64,000 nucleotides of DNA from Candidatus Heimdallarchaeota archaeon (lineage in GTDB: Archaea > Asgardarchaeota > Heimdallarchaeia > Heimdallarchaeales > Heimdallarchaeaceae): the NCBI GenBank assembly GCA_018238545.1, contig JABCTC010000010.1, positions 1 through 64,000 on the forward strand, in the 5' to 3' direction. Position numbers and translations under genes: made by a program. The notes beneath the pieces were generated by a model, which did not search any database, had not been told where the DNA came from, and worked only from the letters and a program-made list of their open reading frames with translations. Shown here piece by piece: positions 28,927 to 38,341 of the stretch (its first letter is position 1; each line of letters begins with the position of its first letter).

Positions 28927-29697
28927 ATGATAAATCCAAATATTTCCAAAGAACCAACTTTGGTGTTCAGTATATTCAAAGATTATGGACCAGAAATATT
29001 ATTCAATAATTCTATATTAGATGAAAATACAGCTCTAACACTAGTTATGACAGGTATGACCCTTGTTGAAATGAACAAGCCTTCAATTGGCAGATTAGAT
29101 GGAAGTCAAAGACCAAAAATGCTTGGTCCCATACCTGTTCCAGATAATGAAACTTTGAAAGCTATAGCTATTCCGTTTGAAACTGAAATAACCTCATCTA
29201 CTGATGTGAGAATTGAGCAAGCAGGATACAGATTATGTGTCGCATATTTCTTATTTGAAGGCTCAGCTGTACGAGAAGTATTAGATAGTTATGGCCTAAT
29301 TATACCCTATTTCACATTAATTGCAAGAAGTCTTGGCACAGAAGCGAATATTAATCCTTCATCCATTAAACAGGTCTTCGTAAAAATGGTTGATATGTTC
29401 TCTGGAAAAATCCCCAGGATCTATGGTGTTAATCAAGATAATTCTCTGAAAGAAATGATAGGCAAAAGATTAGAATACGCAGATACATACCTTCTTTGTG
29501 ATTTGCACAAAAATGAGATGTACATACTTTTGTATAATCCTTCAATGGATGTGTGGAGAAGAAGAGAGATCTACAAAGTGGCGTCCGAGTTAAATTCTAA
29601 TATGTTCAAGAGTTCTATGAGAATAAAAACAGTTGAAGATGTTAAGGAAATGGTGAGGATTTTAGACATTCTTAACATAGAAATATCTCCCGTATAA
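28927..29697 (+). CDS. uDENN/longin-like domain fused to a gelsolin-like domain (putative)
   Basis: N-terminal LVFSIFKDYGP..., GPIPVP and TDVR; C-terminal DTYLLCD...EMYI.......RRREIYKVASELN resembles a gelsolin repeat. Confidence 0.5.
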   Translation: MINPNISKEPTLVFSIFKDYGPEILFNNSILDENTALTLVMTGMTLVEMNKPSIGRLDGSQRPKMLGPIPVPDNETLKAIAIPFETEITSSTDVRIEQAGYRLCVAYFLFEGSAVREVLDSYGLIIPYFTLIARSLGTEANINPSSIKQVFVKMVDMFSGKIPRIYGVNQDNSLKEMIGKRLEYADTYLLCDLHKNEMYILLYNPSMDVWRRREIYKVASELNSNMFKSSMRIKTVEDVKEMVRILDILNIEISPV

Positions 29698-29756
29698 GCA
29701 TATTCTCGCTTTTCTATTTTATTCCTTTTATTTCTTGTTGATTATGACATGAATTT

Positions 29757-29970
29757 TGTACAAATTCTTTAGAAGTGCCTGGGCACATCATGGGGGACGT
29801 CACATCCCCTCCTACACCGCCCACATCTTCTTGCAAAGATGCTTACGGTTCGCTTTTGGCAGTTCGTTGGATGTAGCCCCAAGGATCATCGTGAATTTGA
29901 TGCTTAGCTACAATCCTTCAAAGTATAATCTACACTGCCTTATTTAAACACCAAAAAAAATGTACAAATT
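29757..29970. repeat. 10-bp direct repeat TGTACAAATT flanking the GC-rich element
   Basis: Copies at 29757-29766 and 29961-29970. Confidence 0.6.
29770..29920 (-). ncRNA. Candidate structured non-coding RNA or small inserted element
   Basis: Locally GC-rich intergenic stretch with several stems, including a GCAA tetraloop hairpin on the minus strand. A TATA-like TTTAAATA lies at 29948-29941 on the minus strand. Confidence 0.4.
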
Positions 29971-30003
29971 GCAAGTTATAATTAGCACGTAATAAAATAA
30001 TCT

Positions 30004-30417
30004 TTATTCAGGTATATAGCTCATCATTTTGAGATCGTCTCTTACATACCAACCTATTTTTTTGTAAAACTCGATCACTCCTTCAGTATCATTTTCTACA
30101 AATAGATGAACTTTAACCACTCCTTTTATTAGAAACCTTTTATGCAACTCCACCATAATTTCCTTCCCATATCCCTTCTTTTGAAACTCAGGATCAACGG
30201 CTAAATGATGTACATATCCTCTTCTTCCGTCGAATGCACCCATTACAACAGCTATAATGTTGCCTTCAGCTTTCCCTACAATGAATAACTCAGAGTTATA
30301 CTCTAACAATCTTGCAACCTGTTCTTCAGTATCAGAAGCTGTCAAAGTAAGACCTGTTATCTCCCACAATCTGTGCACATCCTCATACATATCTATAGAA
30401 AAATCAGAGATTTCCAT
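30004..30417 (-). CDS. GNAT family N-acetyltransferase (YpeA-like)
   Basis: DGRRGYVHHLAVDPEFQKKGYG and FYKKIGW motifs. Confidence 0.92.
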   Translation of the reverse strand: MEISDFSIDMYEDVHRLWEITGLTLTASDTEEQVARLLEYNSELFIVGKAEGNIIAVVMGAFDGRRGYVHHLAVDPEFQKKGYGKEIMVELHKRFLIKGVVKVHLFVENDTEGVIEFYKKIGWYVRDDLKMMSYIPE

Positions 30418-30491
30418 AAATTAAATGAGAGTGTTTCCTTAAAGAATTTTTTCCTTATCTAAACATTCTAAAAGGTTGAAATTCAGATAAC

Positions 30492-31118
30492 TTGATGATA
30501 AACCGCAAAGTTATCTTGTTGTTGAGTGGTGGTTTTGATAGTAGTGTAGCAGGTTATCTACTTCAAGAACAAGACTATCAAATTATTCCTTTACACCTCT
30601 CTAATGTTGACTTTGCTGGTGAAGATTCAATAGATAAGAGTAAAGAAATAGCAAGGAATTTTGGGTGGGAGAAAATATATGTAATTGATATTGCCGATAC
30701 TCTCCAAACCTTTGTTGATAAGTGTAAACACTCTTACTATTTCGTACTGATGAAACGTTTCATGTTGAGATTAGCTGGAGAAATCGTTAAGATTGAAAAT
30801 GCATACTATATTGGGACTGGTGAGAGCCTTGGTCAGGTTTCAAGTCAAACTTTGGCAAACATCTCTGTTATTGAGCAAGCTGCAGAATACAGAGTTTTGA
30901 AACCACTGATTACGTTTGATAAAGAAAAAATTATCGATTATACTCGCTCATTGAAAATCTTTGATATTTCAGCTGGGCCAGAAATATGTGATTTGTTAGG
31001 GCCAAAACACCCAGTTACAAATGCTGTACTAGAAAATGCAATAAAGGAAGAAGGTAAATTGGATGTTCCTAGAATGATTGAAAATTCTATGAAAAACCTT
31101 CAAATGTTATCAAGTTAA
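30492..31118 (+). CDS. ThiI-like PP-loop sulfurtransferase catalytic domain (no THUMP domain)
   Basis: LLSGGFDS, TGESLGQVSSQTL.N, PLI.FDK..II and C....PKHPVT motifs. Confidence 0.85.
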   Translation: MMINRKVILLLSGGFDSSVAGYLLQEQDYQIIPLHLSNVDFAGEDSIDKSKEIARNFGWEKIYVIDIADTLQTFVDKCKHSYYFVLMKRFMLRLAGEIVKIENAYYIGTGESLGQVSSQTLANISVIEQAAEYRVLKPLITFDKEKIIDYTRSLKIFDISAGPEICDLLGPKHPVTNAVLENAIKEEGKLDVPRMIENSMKNLQMLSS

Positions 31119-31120
31119 TC

Positions 31121-32029
31121 TTATTCTAACCTTTTTAGAGATTCAAGTATTGTTTCTGCTATTTTTATGTAATCTTTCGATGCTAAGAATTGCAATCTAT
31201 CCAATTGTACTTTTTCTGCTGCAAGAGCCATACCAAATGCAATAGACAATTCAAGATCATCTGTTTCAACTAGTTTCGACAATATACCTGATACAAGTAC
31301 ATCACCAGCTCCAGTGGGGTCTCTCTCTATTCTAGATGGAGCAGATAACTTGTAATATCGTTCGTTTTTTGAAAATAACAACCCTTCTTTTCCAAGTGTT
31401 ACTATTTGAGTATTGTGAGAGGGTAACCCTTCCATGATATCAATGTATGATCTCTTCTGAGTATAGTGTTGTGCTTCGTTTAAAGAATACTTCACAAAGC
31501 TTGTATTTTTAGTTAATTCAGATAATAATTGTGGATTGTATAGAAGAATTATTTTGTTATTTGCATCTAAACCTCTCATAAAACCTTGAACATCTACTCC
31601 AATATAATCGTGTTCTTCGCATGCCCATTCTACAGTTGTTGACGTAACCTCGTGATAAACTGGAGATATTAAACAACCTTTAGCACCTGGAATTTTTGTT
31701 ACATATTCATCTAAATTTGATGCTTGTTTTAATAAATATAAAAATCTAAAGTCCTCGTAAATTTTGTGGAGAAACCGAGTGGTTTTTTCACTGTAATCAA
31801 ACTCAAAATGGCAATTTTTAATTTGTGAGAAGTACTCTAAATGCTCTTTTGGAAAATCCCTTCCAACTGTAGTTATACATCTCCCTTTAATTGATAAAAT
31901 AGGAAAAATAGTAGATGCAAAAGAGACTGGTCCCCCTAATTGATTTTTCACTTCTTTTTTATCCCCTTTTGTGAAAAATATTTTATTATCTAAAACTGCA
32001 TGACTAATTATATTGAGGTCAACATTCAC
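31121..32029 (-). CDS. PfkB family carbohydrate kinase
   Basis: GGPV, DVQGFMR, VTLGKEG and DPTGAGD motifs. Confidence 0.88.
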   Translation of the reverse strand: MNVDLNIISHAVLDNKIFFTKGDKKEVKNQLGGPVSFASTIFPILSIKGRCITTVGRDFPKEHLEYFSQIKNCHFEFDYSEKTTRFLHKIYEDFRFLYLLKQASNLDEYVTKIPGAKGCLISPVYHEVTSTTVEWACEEHDYIGVDVQGFMRGLDANNKIILLYNPQLLSELTKNTSFVKYSLNEAQHYTQKRSYIDIMEGLPSHNTQIVTLGKEGLLFSKNERYYKLSAPSRIERDPTGAGDVLVSGILSKLVETDDLELSIAFGMALAAEKVQLDRLQFLASKDYIKIAETILESLKRLE

Positions 32030-32126
32030 AAGTAATATTGCTCTGAATCCTTTCTTAAATCTTCTTGCGTGCTTAACCCTGTAATCCTAGCAAACATTTT
32101 TGAATAAGGAATAGAAATGAATATTC

Positions 32127-33629
32127 ATGACTGAACAAGAAGAAAAAAGAGTAAGAGATTTTGGATTAGTCTTCTACTTATGGGCTCTTTTAGCTCTTGC
32201 GGCATTGGCTTTAGGGGTTATTGCTATCGTAGAATTTGTCAGAAAAGACATCGGTTTTATAGATTATGCAATTGCTTTCATAGCTGATATAGATATCTCA
32301 ACAGTTCCAGGGCTAGTTCCAGATTTAAACGCAATAAAATACTGGATACTAGGCGGTGTTGCTGCTTTGTTCCTAATTGGAATTTCGCTAGCATATCTAG
32401 AAATTTGGATTATGAGCTTTATTGGTGCTGAATTTGTTAGTGCAGTTGTATTTGGTATTCCTCTAGCAATCTTAGGTGGAGGTATATATTGTATTATAGA
32501 TTTAAAACCGATTTGGATAGGAATTGGTATAGTCGCCTTAGCTGCTATGCTTATAATGGTGATACTTCTAGTTTCAAGAAGAATAGTTCTTGGAGCTAAG
32601 ATATTCGAAACAAGCTGTGAGGCAGTAAATGAAAATAAACGTACGTTGATTCCCATTCTGATTTTTGCTGTTGCATCAATTATCACATTCATTCTTGGAG
32701 CAGCAACAAGTGTGTGGGTCATAAACCTATCTTGGTTGAATGATCAAGAAACATGGGTTCAATGGTTAGTATTATTCCTTGTTATCTATGTGTATCTGGC
32801 AATTTACTGGACAACAATGTACTTCCTCGATGCTATCAACATTTGTATGTTCAAAAGATGGAATAATTACAAAGACGCCAGTATTCGTTATGCTATGAAG
32901 GAAGTTTGGAAAGTGAAAGGAAGTATAGTAATGTTTGGTATGTTCATGGCTTTCTTTGATTGGATTGTAAAAATAGTTCAATACTTTGGAGCGAAGAAAA
33001 TCAAAGAAACTTCAAAATTCTATAAAGCTTTTACTATCATTAAAAAGGTACTTTACTGGGTATTTATCCTATTCGTACTGCTCTTCAAATGGTTGTTCAA
33101 GATTATTAAATTCCTGAACTATTACACTTTAACAATTATAGTTGTAGAGAAACAAGGCTTCATTCGAAGTATTGCTAGATCTTCCGATTTAGCTTTAGAT
33201 TCTGGTGCAGATATCATCATAGGAAAAACTGGTGTAAATATTGCTAAAGGATTATTCTCAGTGATGACCTTTGCTATATTTGTTGTTGCAGGTTTCTTTG
33301 TTGGACGATATTGGTTCGGTATTTCAATCTCAGTTTCAACTGATTTTGGGGTTTTAGCTCTATTTGGAGTAGTTGTAGCAGTGTTCTTCTTCATCTTTGG
33401 TTATTTGCCAATGTCTGCATTGCTCAAACCACTAAATACAGCATATCAAACTATCCTATTCTTTTACATCACAGATCCATTCAGAGGAAAACCAGGACGC
33501 AAAACAAGGTTGTCAACTGATGTTCAAGAAAGCATATCAAAAGTCAGAGAAAACATCATGGAAAGTTACGATAAAGAAGAGAGAACCTCATGGTCATCAG
33601 ACAAGAAAGAACAACCAGCTGAGGTTTAG
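32127..33629 (+). CDS. Multi-pass membrane protein, choline transporter-like (CTL/SLC44) family (putative)
   Basis: About 9-10 TM segments; GSIVMFG and IIKFLNYYTLTIIVVEKQGFIRS resemble CTL family segments. Confidence 0.55.
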   Translation: MTEQEEKRVRDFGLVFYLWALLALAALALGVIAIVEFVRKDIGFIDYAIAFIADIDISTVPGLVPDLNAIKYWILGGVAALFLIGISLAYLEIWIMSFIGAEFVSAVVFGIPLAILGGGIYCIIDLKPIWIGIGIVALAAMLIMVILLVSRRIVLGAKIFETSCEAVNENKRTLIPILIFAVASIITFILGAATSVWVINLSWLNDQETWVQWLVLFLVIYVYLAIYWTTMYFLDAINICMFKRWNNYKDASIRYAMKEVWKVKGSIVMFGMFMAFFDWIVKIVQYFGAKKIKETSKFYKAFTIIKKVLYWVFILFVLLFKWLFKIIKFLNYYTLTIIVVEKQGFIRSIARSSDLALDSGADIIIGKTGVNIAKGLFSVMTFAIFVVAGFFVGRYWFGISISVSTDFGVLALFGVVVAVFFFIFGYLPMSALLKPLNTAYQTILFFYITDPFRGKPGRKTRLSTDVQESISKVRENIMESYDKEERTSWSSDKKEQPAEV

Positions 33630-33750
33630 ACCAATTTTTCTCCTTTCCTTTTTTTTATTCCATATTATATTTGTTTAATTACATAATAAAATTTAGAAAA
33701 ATCATTCTAAAGGATTATAAAGAGATGGAACATATTTATTTTGTGAGAAA

Positions 33751-35127
33751 ATGTCATCGCGTCTACAACGTAGAAGTTTGATTGGAAGTTATAGATATAG
33801 TGTCGTTATTAAACCAAATGAGAGTGAATTTAGTGAGCAAATGACGGGTGTTCTTGATTTATATGATGGCAAACATGTAACACAGACACACAAATATTCT
33901 TCGTTTGATCAACTAGTCTCGATTATAATTAATTTCTGGGAAAAAATGCTTGGATCTGAGGTGAATATTCACCGTTTTGCCAACTGGTTAGCAGAATACT
34001 TCTCAGATATAGGTGTTTCTAATATAAACTTCTATCAACTCATAGAAATTGTTAGAAATTTGGGTAAAGGTGTCTCTTTACACTCTTCTGGTATGAAGAT
34101 TAGAGAAACTAAAGTTGTTCCTGATCCCATTATACCATCTTCAAGGAAAAAGGAGATGACTACTGACGTTGAAAGCCTTATATCTCCAGTTACAGAAATT
34201 GTTAAACCAAGTGAACTATTCAAGAAAAAGGAAACAGTTTCTCCTAGTGTGAAAACTATGCCTCCAGTGAGAGTTGAGGAAGAGGAACCTGAAGCACCAC
34301 CTGTGAATACTTTACTGAAACCAAGTGAAGTAATAAAAAAGCATGATACAATTTTTGAAGCAGAAGCAACTAAACCAGAAACTCCGAAGAAAGTTATGGG
34401 AGATCCTATCGTCACACAACCCAGACCCAAAACAGAGAAGAAAGCTAAACCTGTTGATATACTCAAACCCACTCAGTATCTAAAAGGTCAAGAAACAATA
34501 AATGCAGTATCAGATACAATAGTTAAACCAAGTTTACTGTCACATGAAAAAACCATTGAATCCGCAAGAACTGAAACAAAAACAGCGAAACCTGTTCAGC
34601 AACCATCCAAGAAAAAAGACGTAGTAGAACAGAAACTAACTCCTCCTAGTAATGTGTTGTTAAAACCTTCGGATTACCTCAAGGATAAGGATGTTGTATT
34701 TGAAAAAGTTGAACATCTGAGGAAGCCAAGTGAACTTATCAGAAATAAATCCGATGCTTTTATTCATCCTGTAAGAAAAATAGATCCTGAAGTAGATGTA
34801 ATCCCATTACCTCCTGGAAGTGAAAGGAAGAAAGCTGAAGGATTCCCATCTAGTAGCAAACCATCGGTAAAAACAAAAGAAGCCATGCCATTTGAAATAG
34901 AAGTAATGGATGATAGAGAAGAAACAAAATTCCCAATCGAACTGAGGATAACAGATATAATAGGAGTAGGAGAAAAAATTGCTATGTTACTCAAAGATGG
35001 TGGTATCGAAACAATTGACCAGCTTGCCAAATCCAAACCTGAAGAATTATGCAAAATAAGAGGTATAGGAATAACTTCAGCAAAGAAACTTATCTATGGA
35101 GCAAGTGCTTTAATCACAAGACAATAG
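33751..35127 (+). CDS. Helix-hairpin-helix domain protein with a repeat-containing disordered linker
   Basis: C-terminal IIGVGEK...L..GGIETIDQLA...IRGIG HhH pair; six hhKPS/T motifs in the linker. Confidence 0.75.
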   Translation: MSSRLQRRSLIGSYRYSVVIKPNESEFSEQMTGVLDLYDGKHVTQTHKYSSFDQLVSIIINFWEKMLGSEVNIHRFANWLAEYFSDIGVSNINFYQLIEIVRNLGKGVSLHSSGMKIRETKVVPDPIIPSSRKKEMTTDVESLISPVTEIVKPSELFKKKETVSPSVKTMPPVRVEEEEPEAPPVNTLLKPSEVIKKHDTIFEAEATKPETPKKVMGDPIVTQPRPKTEKKAKPVDILKPTQYLKGQETINAVSDTIVKPSLLSHEKTIESARTETKTAKPVQQPSKKKDVVEQKLTPPSNVLLKPSDYLKDKDVVFEKVEHLRKPSELIRNKSDAFIHPVRKIDPEVDVIPLPPGSERKKAEGFPSSSKPSVKTKEAMPFEIEVMDDREETKFPIELRITDIIGVGEKIAMLLKDGGIETIDQLAKSKPEELCKIRGIGITSAKKLIYGASALITRQ

Positions 35128-35208
35128 GACAGTTAAATCCTCCTCCAACTTTTTCTCGTCGATTCTTAATACATTATACTTAAAAAGTTAAATGAAAGTA
35201 TTAGTAAA

Positions 35209-35730
35209 ATGAAGAAATCAAGAATTGTACAGATTGTTGGTCTTTCAAATTCTGGTAAAACAACTTTAATTCTTGATATGATAAAAATTTTCGCAAAACA
35301 AAATCTTTCTGTAGCAACAATAAAATCTGCTAGAAACCATACTTCAGTCTCATCAGGTAAAGATTCAGACATATTTCTTACACAGGGTGCAATGTCTTCC
35401 ACCATCTCATTTTCGAATGTAACACAAATAACAACAACTAAGAAAACCACTTTGACTGAACTTATTGGAGATATTCAGTCACTGAGTGAGCCTGATATAA
35501 TTTTTGTGGAAGGTTTCAAAGGAGAAGAGGGCTATGACAAAATACTCGTTTGGTCTGAAAAATTTAAGGAAAATATCGATTTATTTAACCTTACTAATCT
35601 CAAGCTAGTTTATTGTCAAAAGGATAGATATAACACATATTCAGTTGCCCTAAAGAAACTTGAAAAAAGCCTATCCACAGTTGTACTGTCTGATCCATTT
35701 GATGCTTATTCCCACATAATAAATAACTGA
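35209..35730 (+). CDS. mobB: Molybdopterin-guanine dinucleotide biosynthesis protein MobB
   Basis: GLSNSGKTT, VATIK, GKDS and DIIFVEGFK motifs. Confidence 0.85.
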   Translation: MKKSRIVQIVGLSNSGKTTLILDMIKIFAKQNLSVATIKSARNHTSVSSGKDSDIFLTQGAMSSTISFSNVTQITTTKKTTLTELIGDIQSLSEPDIIFVEGFKGEEGYDKILVWSEKFKENIDLFNLTNLKLVYCQKDRYNTYSVALKKLEKSLSTVVLSDPFDAYSHIINN

Positions 35731-35731
35731 T

Positions 35732-36826
35732 TTGAGGATTGATATGCATAGTTCATTGAGAAACCTACTAGAAAAAGCACAAGAGAAAATCTCTAAACAT
35801 AAAGTAGATAGAACAAGCATATCTGGAATTATTTTTTGTTATAATGTAGATGATGATTCAACTAATTTAATCGTAAATAAGATATCTCTTTTACAAAAAT
35901 TCGTAAGCGAAATTGTATTAATTATCCCAAAAAACGACATTATTGATAATAAAAAAATTGATCAATTGAATTTTCCTATCAAAGTTCTGGAGTTAGAACA
36001 GAATATTCTTGAAAACGAAATTTTCGCTTTTGAGATGGCTTTAAAACGATGTATTAATGATAAAATAATAGTCATACCCACCTATTTGTCTATTGAACCT
36101 AAAAGAATAGAATTATTGGTCTATTACGGTTACCCTTTAACAACATATGTAGGCCAAAAGGGTGGCATCACCTCTAATTTGTTCTACTACGATAAATGGA
36201 AAAATAGGTTCATAGTGCAGTTATTGCGTTTAAATGGTAGAAAGAAACTAATCGAGTTATTTAGAATATCAAATAAGACCGCTTTTCTACGTATAAGTGA
36301 TAATGATAAAATTGTTAAAATATCCTGTGAGAATAATACTTCTGAAATAAGACAGAAAAAATCTGAAAAGAAAATCATCTCTCCAATTCTCTTTCAGAAT
36401 CCTATTGATGTGCAAGAAATTGTAAAATTAATTGCTCTACTCAACGTAATGAAAGATGATGTTATAGAAAATAGAACCATTACTTCTCACTTCAAGATTG
36501 GGTTACTACTAACACAAAGTCAGAAGCTTTTAGGTTTGGGTCATTATGGATTAGCCTTTCAAGCACCATTATTCTTTAGTAAAATTGCAGAAAAAATAGA
36601 TAAATATCCACCCGATTGGGATTTTGCTAAAACGCTTGAACTAGGAAAAATTTCACTGGAAAAGGAGCAGAAGCGCTATTCTGTTGAGGGAATTGAAAGT
36701 TTACAATTAGTCTGCTTAAAGGATCTTCAAGTGTTGGATTCTAGAAATTCTAATGAAATAGATCGTATAGAACAAGAGATAAAATTATTGAAAGAGCAAT
36801 TACTTCAAGACAATATAGAATTGTGA
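35732..36826 (+). CDS. Hypothetical protein, possibly a degenerate MobA-like N-terminal fold
   Basis: Long ORF coupled to mobB. SGIIFC and ALKRCINDKIIVIP weakly recall MobA, but the LAGG motif is absent. Confidence 0.4.
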   Translation: MRIDMHSSLRNLLEKAQEKISKHKVDRTSISGIIFCYNVDDDSTNLIVNKISLLQKFVSEIVLIIPKNDIIDNKKIDQLNFPIKVLELEQNILENEIFAFEMALKRCINDKIIVIPTYLSIEPKRIELLVYYGYPLTTYVGQKGGITSNLFYYDKWKNRFIVQLLRLNGRKKLIELFRISNKTAFLRISDNDKIVKISCENNTSEIRQKKSEKKIISPILFQNPIDVQEIVKLIALLNVMKDDVIENRTITSHFKIGLLLTQSQKLLGLGHYGLAFQAPLFFSKIAEKIDKYPPDWDFAKTLELGKISLEKEQKRYSVEGIESLQLVCLKDLQVLDSRNSNEIDRIEQEIKLLKEQLLQDNIEL

Positions 36827-36889
36827 TTCATTAGGGAAAATGGTCCTTTAATGTAATCTCTTCTTACCATCATACATTTAAATGAAGAA

Positions 36890-38326
36890 TTGTTTTTTAT
36901 CATAATGAGCCATAAGTCGAGTTCAAGTGTAATTCCTTTACTTATCAGGGTAGTTTTTGGATTAATTTTGCCGTTGTTACTTGAAATTTTAATCTATATA
37001 GTGTATACGGGACTTAGAACTGGTGATTTTCAGTTTTCAGCAATTCTCTACTATACTTTTCTAGTTATTCCAATCCTTTTTCTCTATCTATTAACACCAA
37101 AACTACTTTTCCAAATAGGAGGAGTTAAGAATCATATAACTCAAAATCTTACCGAAAATTATGATGAAATCTTTTTGAAACCAAGAAAATTCAGATTTCA
37201 AGAGAAAGCTGTTCCACTTATCTCCATGGAAATAAAATTGAAAAGAGATGAACAAGAGCTCTTGGAGAGAAAGATAAAGAAGGATCTAATACCTGAATTA
37301 TCCAAGGAAGCACAGAATCAATATAATCAAAATTTCATAGATCGAACACATACTACAAGAAATGAGAAATTATTGACATATAATGAGTCTTTGTTCCTTT
37401 TTAGCTTAGTTTCATCAATTTTACTCTTACTCAACTTTATTCTAGTGATAGTTATGAGATTTACAACTATTAAACTGGATTTCATTGAACTTGATCAGAT
37501 AACAAATCTAACAAATGTGATAATCTTTGCATGTTTGTTTGGAATTCTCCTAGGATTTAGCATATATCTTTTATATGCTTCCTCAAAGAATCTGTGTTCA
37601 TTAATCCCTAGAGTTCTCCCAATAATTTATTTTGAGCTAGAAGAGGAAAGAGAAAAAAGAATTTTGCAAATTCTAGCAATTGCTGAATTCCCAATCAGCA
37701 ATTTATTTGTCAGAAGAACACAAAGAGAACTTTTTGGAATAATTGATGAAGCTAAAAAACAGCTTCTTTTTGTTAAACTGGTTGAGACAATTTCCTGGCA
37801 TTATCGAGATGAAATGGCAAAATCCATAGCCTGGAAGCTATATAAGGAGGTATTAGAAGAGATTAAAATTCCTGAGGAAACAAGAGAGAAAATTGAAAAA
37901 CAATTCAAGTTTGACCCATTAGCTCACCTAATATCCAGCGAGATACTTACTGCAACCGAGGAACAAGCAATTAAAGCTGATTTAGATTATATCAAGGAAA
38001 AGATAGTGAATTGGGATAAAATTAGAAGTGAAGAACAAACCTTATCTTTTCTCTTAATCTATAGAAGTCTTGAAACAATTTTCAGAAGATCACTATCAAG
38101 CCTAAAAACAGATGCTGAAGATGACGAAATAAATTTCTTAAAACTAATCGATATTCTAGAAAAGAATAAAATGTTAACAAAAGATGAGGTTACTCTTTTG
38201 CATGAGATAAGGTTCAAACGAAATCTTCTATTCCATGAACCTGGAAAATCAATAGACATAGGTAAGAATACTATGGAAAGACTCCTCATGTTAATAAGTA
38301 AGATTCTAGACCGTTTGAATAAATAA
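36890..38326 (+). CDS. Membrane protein (4 TM) with a C-terminal HEPN-like domain
   Basis: Two TM hairpins; C-terminal YRSLE....R...LHEIRFKRNLLFH containing Rx4H. Confidence 0.65.
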   Translation: MFFIIMSHKSSSSVIPLLIRVVFGLILPLLLEILIYIVYTGLRTGDFQFSAILYYTFLVIPILFLYLLTPKLLFQIGGVKNHITQNLTENYDEIFLKPRKFRFQEKAVPLISMEIKLKRDEQELLERKIKKDLIPELSKEAQNQYNQNFIDRTHTTRNEKLLTYNESLFLFSLVSSILLLLNFILVIVMRFTTIKLDFIELDQITNLTNVIIFACLFGILLGFSIYLLYASSKNLCSLIPRVLPIIYFELEEEREKRILQILAIAEFPISNLFVRRTQRELFGIIDEAKKQLLFVKLVETISWHYRDEMAKSIAWKLYKEVLEEIKIPEETREKIEKQFKFDPLAHLISSEILTATEEQAIKADLDYIKEKIVNWDKIRSEEQTLSFLLIYRSLETIFRRSLSSLKTDAEDDEINFLKLIDILEKNKMLTKDEVTLLHEIRFKRNLLFHEPGKSIDIGKNTMERLLMLISKILDRLNK

Positions 38327-38341
38327 CATGAAGGTGAGAAA

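Noticed and set aside
29785-29855. Resemblance to group II intron domains V/VI (GAACCG...GCGGTGT.GGAGGGG)
   Set aside because: No canonical catalytic triad/bulge geometry, no RT ORF and no upstream domains
29756-29947. 63-aa ORF over the GC-rich element
   Set aside because: TTG start, no motif and atypical composition; better explained by the structured element
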